NCBI GenBank assembly: GCA_025361185.1
Contig: JANYAR010000031.1
Location: 30,197-94,196, forward strand
Origin: Alphaproteobacteria bacterium
Lineage (GTDB): Bacteria; Pseudomonadota; Alphaproteobacteria; Micropepsales; Micropepsaceae
Direction of reading: 5' to 3'
DNA length: 64,000 nucleotides
A program made the position numbers and the translations under genes. Below the pieces are notes generated by a model. The model had not been told where the DNA came from, searched no databases, and was given only the letters and a program-made list of their open reading frames with translations. This document shows, piece by piece, positions 48,026 through 58,518 of this stretch. The first letter of the stretch is position 1; every line of letters begins with the position of its first letter.

Positions 48026-49122
48026 TGGGTTTCAAATGCGGAATCGTGGGCCTGCCCAATGTCGGCAAGTCCACTTTGTTCAACGCCCTCACCCAGACGG
48101 CGGCGGCGCAGGCGGCCAACTATCCCTTCTGCACCATCGAGCCCAATGTCGGCGATGTGGCGGTGCCCGACCCACGGCTGGAGACACTGGCGAAAATTGC
48201 CGGATCGCAGGAGATCATTCCCACCCGCATCACCTTTGTCGACATCGCCGGTCTGGTGCGCGGGGCGTCCAAGGGTGAAGGGCTGGGCAACCAGTTCCTG
48301 GCCAATATCCGCGAAGTGGATGCGGTCGCCCATGTGCTGCGCTGCTTTGTCGATGACGACATCACCCATGTCGAAGGCAAGATCGATCCCATCTCAGACG
48401 CCGAGATCGTCGAGACCGAATTGATGCTGGCCGATCTGGAAAGCCTGGAAAAGCGCATCAAGCCGCTGGAGAAGAAGGCCAATAGCGGCGAGAAGGAAGC
48501 CAAGGAACAGTTGGCGCTGATGATGAAGGCGGTGACGTTGCTGCGCGAAGGCAAGCCCGCGCGCCGCGCCGAACTGTCGCCGGACGAGCGCGGACCTTAC
48601 AGTCAACTGGGCCTGATGACCGCCAAGCCGGTTCTGTATGTCTGCAATGTCGAGGAAGCCTCGGCTGCCAGCGGCAACGAAATTTCCGCCAAGGTCGAAG
48701 CCATGGCGAAGGCGGAAGGCGCCCGCAGTGTGGTGATCTCGGCCAGGGTCGAGGAAGAGATCGCCCAGCTTGCCAATGAGGAGCGCGGCGATTTTCTGTC
48801 CAGCCTGGGGCTGGAAGAACCGGGCCTGAACCGCCTGATCCGCACCGGTTATGAGTTGCTGGGGCTGCTGACCTTCTTCACCGTGGGGCCCAAGGAGGCG
48901 CGGGCCTGGACGGTGACCAGAGGCTCCAAGGGGCCGCAGGCCGCAGGCGTGATCCATACCGATTTCGAGCAGGGCTATATCCGCGCCGAAACCATCGCCT
49001 ATCCCGACTATGTCGCGGGCAAGGGCGAAGCGGGCGCGCGCGAGGCGGGCAAGTTCCGGCTGGAAGGCAAGGACTATGTCGTCGCCGACGGCGACGTGAT
49101 GCATTTTAGGTTCAACACCTAA
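48025..49122 (+). CDS. ychF: Redox-regulated ATPase YchF
   Basis: GLPNVGKST, NYPFCTIEPN, DIAGLV, TGS domain. Confidence 0.97.
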   Translation: MGFKCGIVGLPNVGKSTLFNALTQTAAAQAANYPFCTIEPNVGDVAVPDPRLETLAKIAGSQEIIPTRITFVDIAGLVRGASKGEGLGNQFLANIREVDAVAHVLRCFVDDDITHVEGKIDPISDAEIVETELMLADLESLEKRIKPLEKKANSGEKEAKEQLALMMKAVTLLREGKPARRAELSPDERGPYSQLGLMTAKPVLYVCNVEEASAASGNEISAKVEAMAKAEGARSVVISARVEEEIAQLANEERGDFLSSLGLEEPGLNRLIRTGYELLGLLTFFTVGPKEARAWTVTRGSKGPQAAGVIHTDFEQGYIRAETIAYPDYVAGKGEAGAREAGKFRLEGKDYVVADGDVMHFRFNT

Positions 49123-50126
49123 TTCTTCACCCAGCGCCGGAAATTCATCGTGTTGGTGAAGCCGGTATAGATGTTCCCGTCCTTGTCCACCGCCACCGCC
49201 TCGATGGCGTTGTATTCGCCCCAGGGCACAAAGCCGATCACCTTGCCGTCGCGGATATGGCCGAAGCGTATGCCGTTGCGAAAACCCGGATTGTTCTGCG
49301 CGTTGGACAGCGAATCGGTGACATAGAGCATGTCGTCCTTGGTGATGTAGATGCCGCTGGGCCGGCCGAACTGCCGCCATTCGGCCAGGAACTTGCCCTT
49401 CTGGTCGAAGATCTGGATGCGGCTGTTGGAACGGTCGGCGACATAGAGCCGGCCGGCCTTGTCCATTGCCAGCCCGTGCGGGGCATTGAATTCGCCGGGG
49501 CCTTCGCCCAGCTTGCCCCAGCTGAGCAGGAACTTGCCGCCCCGATCATATTTGAGGATGCGGTTGTTGGTCTTGTTGCTGTGGCCGTCGGCGACAAAGA
49601 TGCTGCCGTCCGGCGCCACCAGCACGTCGGAGACGCCATTGAAACGGTCGGGCCCGTCGCCGGTGGTGCCGCGCGCGCCCATGCTGCGCAGCAGCTTGCC
49701 GTCCTGGGTATATTCCCCGAGCACATCGGCGACCACGTTGCTTTGCGAGATGCCTTCCACCAGCCAGACATGATTGTCGCGGCCGATGAAGATGCCGTGG
49801 GGATACTGGAATTGGCCCGCGCCCCAGCTTGTCGCCAGCTTGCCCGATGCATCGAATTTCAGCACCGGATCCAGAGTCTTGTTGGAAGCGCAGCCGTCAT
49901 CGGACTTGCCGCAGCGTTCGAACACCCACACGCTCTTGCCGTCGCGGTCCATGTCCACCGCCGAGATGCCGCCGAAAGGCCGCCCCAGCTGCGCCCAGCC
50001 GGCATCCTCATGATAGGGATTGGGATAGTCGTTGGGATCGTGCGGCGGCGGCATGGCCGGGGTCTGCGCCCAGGCGAAGCTGGTGCCGGCGGCGAACGCC
50101 AATACCGCGAGAAACCGGTGAGCCAT
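49119..50126 (-). CDS. Exported NHL-repeat beta-propeller (PAL-like)
   Basis: Signal peptide; repeated PHG / VAD..N.RI units. Confidence 0.85.
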   Translation of the reverse strand: MAHRFLAVLAFAAGTSFAWAQTPAMPPPHDPNDYPNPYHEDAGWAQLGRPFGGISAVDMDRDGKSVWVFERCGKSDDGCASNKTLDPVLKFDASGKLATSWGAGQFQYPHGIFIGRDNHVWLVEGISQSNVVADVLGEYTQDGKLLRSMGARGTTGDGPDRFNGVSDVLVAPDGSIFVADGHSNKTNNRILKYDRGGKFLLSWGKLGEGPGEFNAPHGLAMDKAGRLYVADRSNSRIQIFDQKGKFLAEWRQFGRPSGIYITKDDMLYVTDSLSNAQNNPGFRNGIRFGHIRDGKVIGFVPWGEYNAIEAVAVDKDGNIYTGFTNTMNFRRWVKN

Positions 50127-50231
50127 GATGTCCCCTCCCAACGGCCTATACTGGCCTTGGAGGGAGGTTAGCCCATCCACGGCCGGGCAGGCTAGCGCAG
50201 AAACTCGACGCGCTAAGCCTGGCTAGCCCAC

Positions 50232-50326
50232 TTGTCATTCCCGCGAGTTCGTAGCGACAGCGTATGAACGGGAATCCAACTACATTTGTGAGGGAAGTTG
50301 GATGCCCGCATGCGCAGGCATGACAA
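50232..50326. repeat. Inverted pair of REP-like palindromes (REPIN-like)
   Basis: GTCATTCCCG...CGGGAATCCA (50234-50278) facing TGGATGCCCGCATGCGCAGGCATGAC (50299-50324); first copy carries TAGCGACAGCGTA in its loop. Confidence 0.8.
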
Positions 50327-50327
50327 A

Positions 50328-52397
50328 CTACCGCAACGATGCTTCGATATTGCCGCCGTCCACGGTGATCACCGCCGCCGTGGTCTTGGAGGCGGTGGCG
50401 AGATAGACAAAGGCATCGGCCACGTCTTCCGCCGTCACTTCGCGCTTGAGCAGATTGCCGGCCATGTAATCGGCCTCCGACACGCCGCGCGCCTTCGACC
50501 GCGCCGCCACCATGTCGTCGGTCAGCAAGCCGCTACGGATTCGGTCGGCATTGACCGCATTGGCGCGGATGCCGTCCTTGCCGTGATCCAGGGCATATTG
50601 CTTGACCAGGAACAGGGTCGCCGCCTTCGGTAACCCATAAGGCCCGAAATCCTTGCCCGGATTGACCGCCTGCTTGGAGGTGTTGAACAACAGGCAACCG
50701 AAAGTGCCCTGGGCCAGCATGATGCGGGTGGCGGCTTGCGCCACCGCCTGATGCGCCCAGAAATTCAGTTCAAAACTCTTGCGCAGAATTTCGTCATCGA
50801 CATGCCCGATGCTACCCTGCCAGGCCGCGCCCGCATTGGACACCACGATATCCACGCCGCCAAAGGCCGACACCACCGCATCGAAGGCCGCGCGCACACT
50901 TTTGGGATCGGTCACGTCGCACTCGACCGCCAGCGCCCTGCCGCCGATCTTCTTGGCGGCGGCTTTGGCGGCCTCCAGGTCGCGGTCCAGAATGGCGACT
51001 TCCGCGCCTTCTTTCGCCATCGCCTTGGCTGTCGCCGCGCCGATCCCCGAGCCGCCTCCTGTGATAACGGCCACCTGGCGGGCCAGGGACTTCTCATTGG
51101 ACTTACCCAGCTTGGCCTGTTCCAGCGACCAATATTCCACTTCGAACATGTCGAATTCACTGATGCTGCGATACTCGCCCATGGCCTCGGCATCGGTGAT
51201 CACCGCGATGGCGTTCTCGGCGATGTCGGCGGCGATGGCGGCGTCCTTGGCACTGCCGCCGACCCCGAACATGCCCACGCCGGGCACCAGGATCACGCGC
51301 GGCAGCGGATCCAGTTCCTTTTTCTTCACCGCGCTCTTGGCGTTGTTGTCTTCGAAATAGCGGTGATAGCGCGCGACATAGGCGGCAACCGCTTCATGCA
51401 CGTCCTTGGACCATTCCTCCACCTTGCCGGCCTCAGGCGCCGGCACGATCACCGGCCAGTTCTTGGTGCGAATGGTGTGATCGGGCGTCACCACCCCAAC
51501 CTGGCTGTAGCGCGCCAGCTCGGCGCCATTCACATAATTCAAAATCTGCGCATTGGTGCGGAAATCCAGCAACTGGCGCTTGGCGGTGCCTGCATTGGCA
51601 TTCTTCTCGATCGCAACCGCGCCGCGCAGGATGGGCGCGATTTGCGGCACGCTGGCCAGGTTGGCGGGCAATTTGACCTGGGCCAGGGACTTGCGCTGAC
51701 GGGTGAGCCGCTCTTCCGCCAGGGTGACGAATTCGATCATCCGCTCATAGGCCTGCCGGGCGCTGTCGCCCACGGTGAAGATGCCGTGCTGCAAAAGCAC
51801 CAGCCCTTCGACACCGGGATTTTTGTCGAACACATCGGCCACCGACTTGGCCAGCGCAAAGCCGGGAATGGTGTAGGGCACATAGGCCACACGGCCGCCA
51901 TAGACCTCCTGCACCAGCGCCTTGTTGTCCGGCTGGTCGGTCAGCGCCAGCACGGCGGTGGAATGGACATGGTCGATGAATTTGTGCGGCAGGAAGGCAT
52001 GCAGCAAAGTCTCGACCGACGGATTGGGCGCGGAGGAGTCCAGCAGATTGATGCGCTGGAAATTGACCATGTCTTCGTCGGATAATTTGTCCAGCTTGCG
52101 CAGCTTGCGCAGCGGTGCCAGCCGCACGGCGGGAAGACCGGCGGGCTCGATCACGCCCATGTCCCAGCCACTGCCCTTGATGCAGATGACATCGACGTCT
52201 TCGCCCAGCTGGTCCTTGATCACCGTCTTGACCGAGGTGTTGCCGCCGCCATGCAGCACCATCTTCGGGTCACTGCCCAACAACCGGGTGGTATAGGTGC
52301 GCACCGCCAGATCTTCGTTGACGCCCTTGGGGGCGTAACGGACGGCAAATTCCTTCGCCTTGGTGTCAGACCATTTCGACTGCATTAACTTCTCCAA
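50328..52397 (-). CDS. Bifunctional class II aldolase / short-chain dehydrogenase
   Basis: GGGNTSVK, PSVETLLH, DHVH, QHG; YWSLEQAKL linker; TGGGSGIG, SNAG, YGLPK. Confidence 0.92.
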   Translation of the reverse strand: MEKLMQSKWSDTKAKEFAVRYAPKGVNEDLAVRTYTTRLLGSDPKMVLHGGGNTSVKTVIKDQLGEDVDVICIKGSGWDMGVIEPAGLPAVRLAPLRKLRKLDKLSDEDMVNFQRINLLDSSAPNPSVETLLHAFLPHKFIDHVHSTAVLALTDQPDNKALVQEVYGGRVAYVPYTIPGFALAKSVADVFDKNPGVEGLVLLQHGIFTVGDSARQAYERMIEFVTLAEERLTRQRKSLAQVKLPANLASVPQIAPILRGAVAIEKNANAGTAKRQLLDFRTNAQILNYVNGAELARYSQVGVVTPDHTIRTKNWPVIVPAPEAGKVEEWSKDVHEAVAAYVARYHRYFEDNNAKSAVKKKELDPLPRVILVPGVGMFGVGGSAKDAAIAADIAENAIAVITDAEAMGEYRSISEFDMFEVEYWSLEQAKLGKSNEKSLARQVAVITGGGSGIGAATAKAMAKEGAEVAILDRDLEAAKAAAKKIGGRALAVECDVTDPKSVRAAFDAVVSAFGGVDIVVSNAGAAWQGSIGHVDDEILRKSFELNFWAHQAVAQAATRIMLAQGTFGCLLFNTSKQAVNPGKDFGPYGLPKAATLFLVKQYALDHGKDGIRANAVNADRIRSGLLTDDMVAARSKARGVSEADYMAGNLLKREVTAEDVADAFVYLATASKTTAAVITVDGGNIEASLR

Positions 52398-52428
52398 TGC
52401 CCTACCGCTTCGCTACTTGAGGGCGGCC

Positions 52429-53508
52429 CTACTTCGGAAAAAGGCTCCGTAAGCCTTCAGGCGTAGCGACGCAAGTGCCGCGTTCGGTGATGAAGCCCGT
52501 CACCAGCCGGGCGGGGGTGACATCGAATCCGGGGTTGGCCGCGCTGCTGCCGGGGGCGGCGATTTCCACCACTGTCACCGAACCGTCAGCAAGCCGGCCG
52601 GACATTTTCAGCACTTCATCGGGACTGCGTTCCTCGATGGGAATGTCGCGCCCCGATTCCAATGTCCAGTCGATGGTGGAACTGGGCAGCGCCACATAGA
52701 AAGGAACATCATTGTCCTTGGCCGCCAGTGCCTTCAGATAGGTGCCGATCTTGTTGGCGACATCGCCATTGGCGGTAACCCGGTCGGTGCCCACGATCAC
52801 CATGTCCACCGCACCCTGCTGCATGTAATGGCCTCCCGCATTATCGGCCAGGATAGTGTGATCCACGCCATGGCTGCCCAGCTCAAAAGCCGTCAGCGAA
52901 GCGCCCTGGTTGCGCGGCCGCGTCTCATCCACCCAGACATGCAGGGCAATGCCTTCGTCATGCGCCAGATAGATCGGCGCCAAAGCGGTGCCGTAATCCA
53001 CTGTCGCCAGCCAGCCGGCATTGCAATGGGTAAGGATATTGACAGTCTTCCCCGGCTTTTTCGCCGCGATCTCGCGGATGATCGCAAGCCCGTTCTTGCC
53101 GATCGCCTGGCTCATCGCCACATCCTCGTCGGCGATCAGGGCTGCTTCTTGCCAGGCCAGGGCGGCGCGTTGGTCGCGCGGCTGATTGAGCAGCGCGCCG
53201 CGCATCCGCCACAGCGCCCATTTCAGGTTGATCGCCGTGGGCCGGGTCTCCGCCAGCATCTCCACCGTCTTCTGGATATGGTCGTCGGACGCATTCTCGC
53301 GCACCGCCAGCGCCAGGCCATAGGCCGCCACCGCCCCGATCAGGGGCGCGCCGCGCGTCTGCATGGTGAGAATCGCATTGGCGGCCGCTTCGGCGTCGCG
53401 CAGGGTCAGGGTGACGAATTCGTGCGGCAGCTTGGTCTGGTCGATGATGCCGAAAGCATCCTCGCCGATGGGCCAGACGGAGCGGTAATGTTTGCCGCCA
53501 ATTTTCAT
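52429..53508 (-). CDS. mtnA: Methylthioribose-1-phosphate isomerase
   Basis: RGAPLIG, RPTAINL, THCNAG, DETRP..QG, ANKIGT, FDVTP. Confidence 0.95.
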   Translation of the reverse strand: MKIGGKHYRSVWPIGEDAFGIIDQTKLPHEFVTLTLRDAEAAANAILTMQTRGAPLIGAVAAYGLALAVRENASDDHIQKTVEMLAETRPTAINLKWALWRMRGALLNQPRDQRAALAWQEAALIADEDVAMSQAIGKNGLAIIREIAAKKPGKTVNILTHCNAGWLATVDYGTALAPIYLAHDEGIALHVWVDETRPRNQGASLTAFELGSHGVDHTILADNAGGHYMQQGAVDMVIVGTDRVTANGDVANKIGTYLKALAAKDNDVPFYVALPSSTIDWTLESGRDIPIEERSPDEVLKMSGRLADGSVTVVEIAAPGSSAANPGFDVTPARLVTGFITERGTCVATPEGLRSLFPK

Positions 53509-53526
53509 TTCAAAAAGCTTTCATGG

Positions 53527-54123
53527 CTAGGCGGGCGCGGTAGCCTTCATGGCCGGATATTCGCAGAATTTCGCATACCAGGCCGCAAGATTGGGACGGG
53601 ACGCCTTCCAATCCAGATCGGGCATGCGGAAATCGATATAGCCCAGCGCGCAGGCCACCGAAATCTCGCCGATGGTGGGGTCCTTGGCGAACTTGACCTT
53701 CTCCAGCGCATCCAGCCCGGCATGCACCGTCGCCATATGGCGCGCGATATGATGGGGATTGCCGCTTGCCTCCGGCTGGGTGATTTCATGGCGAAAGCCC
53801 ACGGCGGCATCGGCAAGGCCGTCACCCAGGGCCTGAAGCCCCAGCGCTTTCCAGCGCCCGCTATTTTGCTTCCAGATATTCATGCCGGGAAAGAATTTCC
53901 CGCCGCCGATCTGGTTGAGATATTCGCAGATCACCGGTGAATCGAACAGCGAGGAGCCGTCGTCCAGGATCAGGGTTGGAATCTGCTTGAGCGGATTGAC
54001 CCGGCGCAGGCTTTCGTCGGTGCGCGCCTGAACGTCGATGACCTCCAGCTTCAATCCCAGCTCGTGCGCAATGATGCGCACCTTGCGCGCATAGGGAGAA
54101 GCCTGGTTGGAGTAGAGCTTCAT
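53527..54123 (-). CDS. Glutathione S-transferase family protein
   Basis: SPYARKV, NPLKQIPTL, DSPVICEYL, ALGYIDFR. Confidence 0.9.
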   Translation of the reverse strand: MKLYSNQASPYARKVRIIAHELGLKLEVIDVQARTDESLRRVNPLKQIPTLILDDGSSLFDSPVICEYLNQIGGGKFFPGMNIWKQNSGRWKALGLQALGDGLADAAVGFRHEITQPEASGNPHHIARHMATVHAGLDALEKVKFAKDPTIGEISVACALGYIDFRMPDLDWKASRPNLAAWYAKFCEYPAMKATAPA

Positions 54124-54136
54124 CCGGTTCTTTACC

Positions 54137-54665
54137 TCAATGACCCTCAAAGGCGACCAGCGCCGTCACCGGCTTGCCGATGGCGCGCAGCTTGTCGGCG
54201 CCGCCCAGTTCCGGCAGGTCGATGACAAAGCAGCAGCCGATCACATTGGCGCCGGCGCGCTCCAAAAGCTTGATGCCGGCAAAGGCGGTGCCACCGGTGG
54301 CGATCAAATCATCGATCAGAAGCACGCGCTCGCCCTTTTCCAGGGCGTCGATGTGGATCTCCATCCGGTCCTTGCCATATTCCAGGTCGTAATCCTCGCC
54401 GATCACGGTGTGGGGCAACTTGCCCTTCTTGCGCACCGGAATGAAGCCCACCGAAAGCTGGTGCGCCACCGCCCCGCCCAGGATGAAGCCGCGCGCTTCC
54501 AGGCCGGCGACCTTGTCGATCTTCATCCCGGCATAGGGCTGCACCATTTCGTCAATCGCGCGGCGGAAGGCGTGCGGATTGCCCAGCAAGGTGGTGATGT
54601 CGCGGAACATGATGCCCGGCTTGGGATAGTCGGGAATGGTGCGAATCGCGTCTTTGAAGTTCATG
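54137..54665 (-). CDS. apt: Adenine phosphoribosyltransferase
   Basis: [33 protein letters not shown]. Confidence 0.96.
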
Positions 54666-54668
54666 AGA

Positions 54669-55547
54669 TCAGACTTTCCTGAGAACGCGGCCGGCCACCG
54701 CATCGAGTTTCGCCATCAATGCCGGATCGCGCTTGTCGGGAGATGTGATCAGCGCCATGTCCAGCATGGTCTCCACCCCGAGCGGGCAAGGCTGACGATC
54801 CGGCCCCAGCTTGGGCGCCACCGCCATGATCAGCTTCCTGGCGTTGGCGGCATTCCTCTGCATCACCTTGATCACCGCATCCACGGTCACAGAATCGTGA
54901 TCGTCATGCCAGCAGTCGTAATCGGTCACCATGCCGACAATGGCGTAGGGCAGCTCGGCCTCGCGCGCCAGCTTGGCCTCCGGCATCGCCGTCATGCCGA
55001 TCACGCTGCAATCCCAGCTGCGATACAGGAAGCTTTCGGCGCGGGTGGAGAATTGCGGGCCTTCCATGCAGATATAGGTGCCGCCTTCGCTGTGATCGAT
55101 CTTCTGTTCCCGCGCCGCCAGGGTCAGCGCGCCGGAGAGCTTGGGACAGACGGGATGGGCCATGGGCACATGGGCGACAAAGCCGAGACCGAAAAAGCTT
55201 TTCTCGCGCGCGAAGGTGCGGTCGATGAACTGGTCCGCCATCACGAAAGTGCCGGGCGGCAGTTCCTCTTTCAGCGAACCGCAGGCCGAGACGCTGATCA
55301 CATCGGTGACGCCGATGCGTTTCAGGGCATCGATGTTGGCGCGGTAGTTGATGGAACTGGGCGTCTGGATGTGGCCGCGGCCATGGCGCGGCAAAAACAC
55401 CAGATCCACCCCGGCATAGGTGCCGGTCAGAAGCTGGTCCGACGGCTCACCCCAGGGGCTTTTGACCGCCTGCCATTTGGCGTTTTCCAGACCCTCGATC
55501 TGGTAGACGCCGGAACCGCCGATGATGCCGAGAACAGTTTTGGTCAT
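54669..55547 (-). CDS. mtnP: S-methyl-5'-thioadenosine phosphorylase
   Basis: [47 protein letters not shown]. Confidence 0.95.
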   Translation of the reverse strand: MTKTVLGIIGGSGVYQIEGLENAKWQAVKSPWGEPSDQLLTGTYAGVDLVFLPRHGRGHIQTPSSINYRANIDALKRIGVTDVISVSACGSLKEELPPGTFVMADQFIDRTFAREKSFFGLGFVAHVPMAHPVCPKLSGALTLAAREQKIDHSEGGTYICMEGPQFSTRAESFLYRSWDCSVIGMTAMPEAKLAREAELPYAIVGMVTDYDCWHDDHDSVTVDAVIKVMQRNAANARKLIMAVAPKLGPDRQPCPLGVETMLDMALITSPDKRDPALMAKLDAVAGRVLRKV

Positions 55548-55548
55548 G

Positions 55549-55583
55549 AAAAAGGGCGCTCTTGCGAAGAAGAGCGCCCTTTT
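55549..55583. terminator. Terminator-like hairpin between petC and mtnP
   Basis: AAAAGGGCGCTCTT/AAGAGCGCCCTTTT 14-bp perfect stem with T tracts on both strands. Confidence 0.7.
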
Positions 55584-55624
55584 ATCATGTGGAACCCCCG
55601 CGGCAATGCCCGGGATTATGACGT

Positions 55625-56446
55625 CTAATGTAAGTCTTTCCAGACCTTGCGATAAGCGGCGAACAGGATGCCCGCCAGCAGGACCAGGAACACGATCGAA
55701 CCGAAGCCCAGCCGCTTGCGCTCTTCCATCTTGGGCTCGCTCGCCCAGCTCAGGAAGGTGACCACGTCATGGGCTTCCTGATCGATGGTGGCCTTGGTGC
55801 CGTCGGAATAGGTCACCGAATTGGCCGCCAGCGGCGGCGGCATGGTGATGTTCCAGCCCTCGTAATAGGGGTTGAAATACTTGCCTTCCGTCACCGTGAA
55901 GCCTGCCGGCGCCTTTTCATGGAAGCCGGTGAGGATCGAATAGACATATTGCGGCCCGCCTTCGCGCGCCTTGACCACCATGGACAGATCCGGCGGCAGC
56001 GCGCCGCTGTTGTTGGCGCGCGCGGCATTCTCATTGGGGAAGGGCGAGGGGAAATGATCGGCCAGGGTGGCGGGACGCATCAGCGGCGTGCCCTTGTCGT
56101 CAGTGGTCTCGCCCTTGTCGTTGGGCTCGGCCGGAACCTTGGCGGCGGCGGCCAGTGCGCGCGCCTGGGCCTCGGTGAACTCCGGACCGCCGGCTTCCGC
56201 CAGATTGTGGAAGGCCAGGTGGTTGGCGGCATGGCAGGCGGCGCAGACCTCCTTGTAGACCTGATAGCCGCGTTGCAGGGCGCCGCGGTCATAGGTGCCG
56301 AAGGGTCCCTCGAAGGAAAATTTCTCGTCCTTGGGCGCCAGCTTGGCGGTGTCCAGCGCCAAGGCGGAGGTGGACGCCAGAAGCCCCGCGGACAGGCCGA
56401 GCGCCAGGCTGAGAGCCAGACTGCGAGAGTGTGTGGTCAGACGCAT
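55625..56446 (-). CDS. petC: Cytochrome c1
   Basis: LQRGYQVYKEVCAACH, PPDLS, MPPPL, C-terminal TM. Confidence 0.95.
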   Translation of the reverse strand: MRLTTHSRSLALSLALGLSAGLLASTSALALDTAKLAPKDEKFSFEGPFGTYDRGALQRGYQVYKEVCAACHAANHLAFHNLAEAGGPEFTEAQARALAAAAKVPAEPNDKGETTDDKGTPLMRPATLADHFPSPFPNENAARANNSGALPPDLSMVVKAREGGPQYVYSILTGFHEKAPAGFTVTEGKYFNPYYEGWNITMPPPLAANSVTYSDGTKATIDQEAHDVVTFLSWASEPKMEERKRLGFGSIVFLVLLAGILFAAYRKVWKDLH

Positions 56447-56454
56447 GGTGTTTC

Positions 56455-57711
56455 TCACTCGGCGGGCGCAGCGGCGGAATCGCCGAGCACGGATTGCGCG
56501 ATGGATGCGGGAAGCTGTTTGGGCGTCTCGATCAGGCCGACGATCGGCAGGATCAGCCAGAAGAAGGCGTAGTAGTAGAGCGAGGCGATACGGGCCACCC
56601 ACACCAGCGGGATGCCGAAGCGCGCCGCGTCCACGCTCTGGGAACCGCAGAAGCCCAAAAGCACGCAGGCCACCGCGAAGGCCCAGAAGAACTGTTTCAT
56701 CAGCGGGCGGAAGCGGCAGGAGCGCACCCGGCTGGTGTCCAGCCAGGGCAGGAAAACCAGGGTGACGATGGCGCCGCCCATCACGATCACGCCCATCAGC
56801 TTGTTGGGGATGGAGCGCAGCATGGCGTAGAACGGCAGCAGGTACCATTCCGGCACGATGTCCGGCGGGGTCACCAGCGGATTGGCCTGCTGGTAATTGT
56901 CCGGATTGCCGAAGAAGTTCGGGGCATAGAAGACAAAACCCGCGAACAGGATGACGAACAGCACCAGATAGAAGGCGTCCTTCACCGTGTAATAGGGGTG
57001 GAAGGGCACCGTGTCCTGCTTGCTCTTCACATCGATGCCCAGCGGGTTGTTGTTGCCGGGCACATGCAGCGCCCAGATGTGCAGTCCCACAACGGCCGCG
57101 ATAATGAAGGGCAACAGATAGTGCAGCGAGAAGAAGCGGTTCAACGTGGCGTCGCCCACCGCGAAATCGCCCCACAGCCACTGGGCGACATGGGTGCCGA
57201 CCACCGGAATGGCGGTGAACAGGTTGGTGATGACGGTGGCGCCCCAGAAGGACATCTGGCCCCAGGGCAGCACATAACCGAAGAAGGCGGTGGCCATCAT
57301 CAGGAGATAGATCAGAACGCCGATGATCCAGATCAGTTCGCGCGGCGCTTTATAAGAACCGTAATACAGGCCGCGAAACATGTGGATATAGACGGCCAGG
57401 AAAAACATCGACGCGCCGTTGGCGTGCAGGTAGCGCATCAGCCAGCCGTAATTGACGTCGCGCATGATGTTTTCGACGCTGTCGAAGGCCATACCGGCAT
57501 TGGCCACATAATGCATCGCCAGCACCACGCCGGTGATGATCTGTACGGCCAAACAGAAAGTAAGGATGCCGCCGAAAGTGTACCAGATGTTCAGGTTCCT
57601 GGGCGTGGGGAAGGTCTGCATCGTGTCGTGCATCAGGCGCGGCAACGGCAGGCGGGCATCGAGCCAGCGCTCAAAACCGGTCTTGGGATCGTAGGTCGAA
57701 GGGCCAGACAT
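56455..57711 (-). CDS. petB: Cytochrome b
   Basis: [30 protein letters not shown]. Confidence 0.97.
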   Translation of the reverse strand: MSGPSTYDPKTGFERWLDARLPLPRLMHDTMQTFPTPRNLNIWYTFGGILTFCLAVQIITGVVLAMHYVANAGMAFDSVENIMRDVNYGWLMRYLHANGASMFFLAVYIHMFRGLYYGSYKAPRELIWIIGVLIYLLMMATAFFGYVLPWGQMSFWGATVITNLFTAIPVVGTHVAQWLWGDFAVGDATLNRFFSLHYLLPFIIAAVVGLHIWALHVPGNNNPLGIDVKSKQDTVPFHPYYTVKDAFYLVLFVILFAGFVFYAPNFFGNPDNYQQANPLVTPPDIVPEWYLLPFYAMLRSIPNKLMGVIVMGGAIVTLVFLPWLDTSRVRSCRFRPLMKQFFWAFAVACVLLGFCGSQSVDAARFGIPLVWVARIASLYYYAFFWLILPIVGLIETPKQLPASIAQSVLGDSAAAPAE

Positions 57712-57722
57712 TGTTGTTCTCC

Positions 57723-58301
57723 TCAACCGACCTTGACGTGTGTGTCAGTCAGAAACGTATAGAGCGGCGCTTGCAGGTTCTTGGGCGCGGGGCCTTTGCG
57801 GATGCGGCCCGCCGTGTCGTACATCGAACCATGGCAGTGGCACAGCCAGCCACCATAGTCACCTTGCGGCATCTGCGGCGTGGAAACCTGGGGGGTGCAG
57901 CCCAGATGGGTGCAGACGCCGATCAGGATCAGCCATTCCGGCTTGGTGGCGCGGTCGGCATCGTTGGCCAGCGCGTCTTCCGGCAAATTGTCGTTGCGCG
58001 CCAAAGGATCGGGCAGCGAATTCACATCCACCGCCTTGGCGGCGGCGATCTCGGCCGGGGTGCGGCGGCGCACGAACAGCGGCTGGCCGCGGTGCTTGAA
58101 GACAATCTGCTGGCCGGGCTGGATGGCGGAAAGATCGATCTCGGTGGTGCCCATGGCCAAGGCCGCCGAGGTGGGGTTCATCTGGTCGATGAAGGGCCAG
58201 GCCGCCGCCGCCACGCCCACCGCGCCAACCGCGCCCGACGCCACATAAAGGAAATCGCGTCGCGTGCCCGCGTCACTTGTCGTAGCTGCCACTGGGTCCA
58301 C
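57723..58301 (-). CDS. petA: Rieske iron-sulfur subunit
   Basis: Tat motif TRRDFL, CTHLGC, CHCHGS, GPAP.NL. Confidence 0.96.
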   Translation of the reverse strand: MDPVAATTSDAGTRRDFLYVASGAVGAVGVAAAAWPFIDQMNPTSAALAMGTTEIDLSAIQPGQQIVFKHRGQPLFVRRRTPAEIAAAKAVDVNSLPDPLARNDNLPEDALANDADRATKPEWLILIGVCTHLGCTPQVSTPQMPQGDYGGWLCHCHGSMYDTAGRIRKGPAPKNLQAPLYTFLTDTHVKVG

Positions 58302-58518
58302 CCTTCAGGAAAACTTGGAAAGAAACGATGCAAACTCTTGCCACAAACAAGCGTGGATACGGTACTGACGCGGTGACGCGCCAGGGGCCGCCCCCGCTTG
58401 TGCGTTGGGCCGGTAAAATAGAGAGTCGATTTTCGAGGGTCTTGCGGCACGATGACGCAGAAAATGCCTTGTCCTGCCGCGACTTAATCCAGCAGGGACT
58501 GAAAAATGGAGGTTTGGG

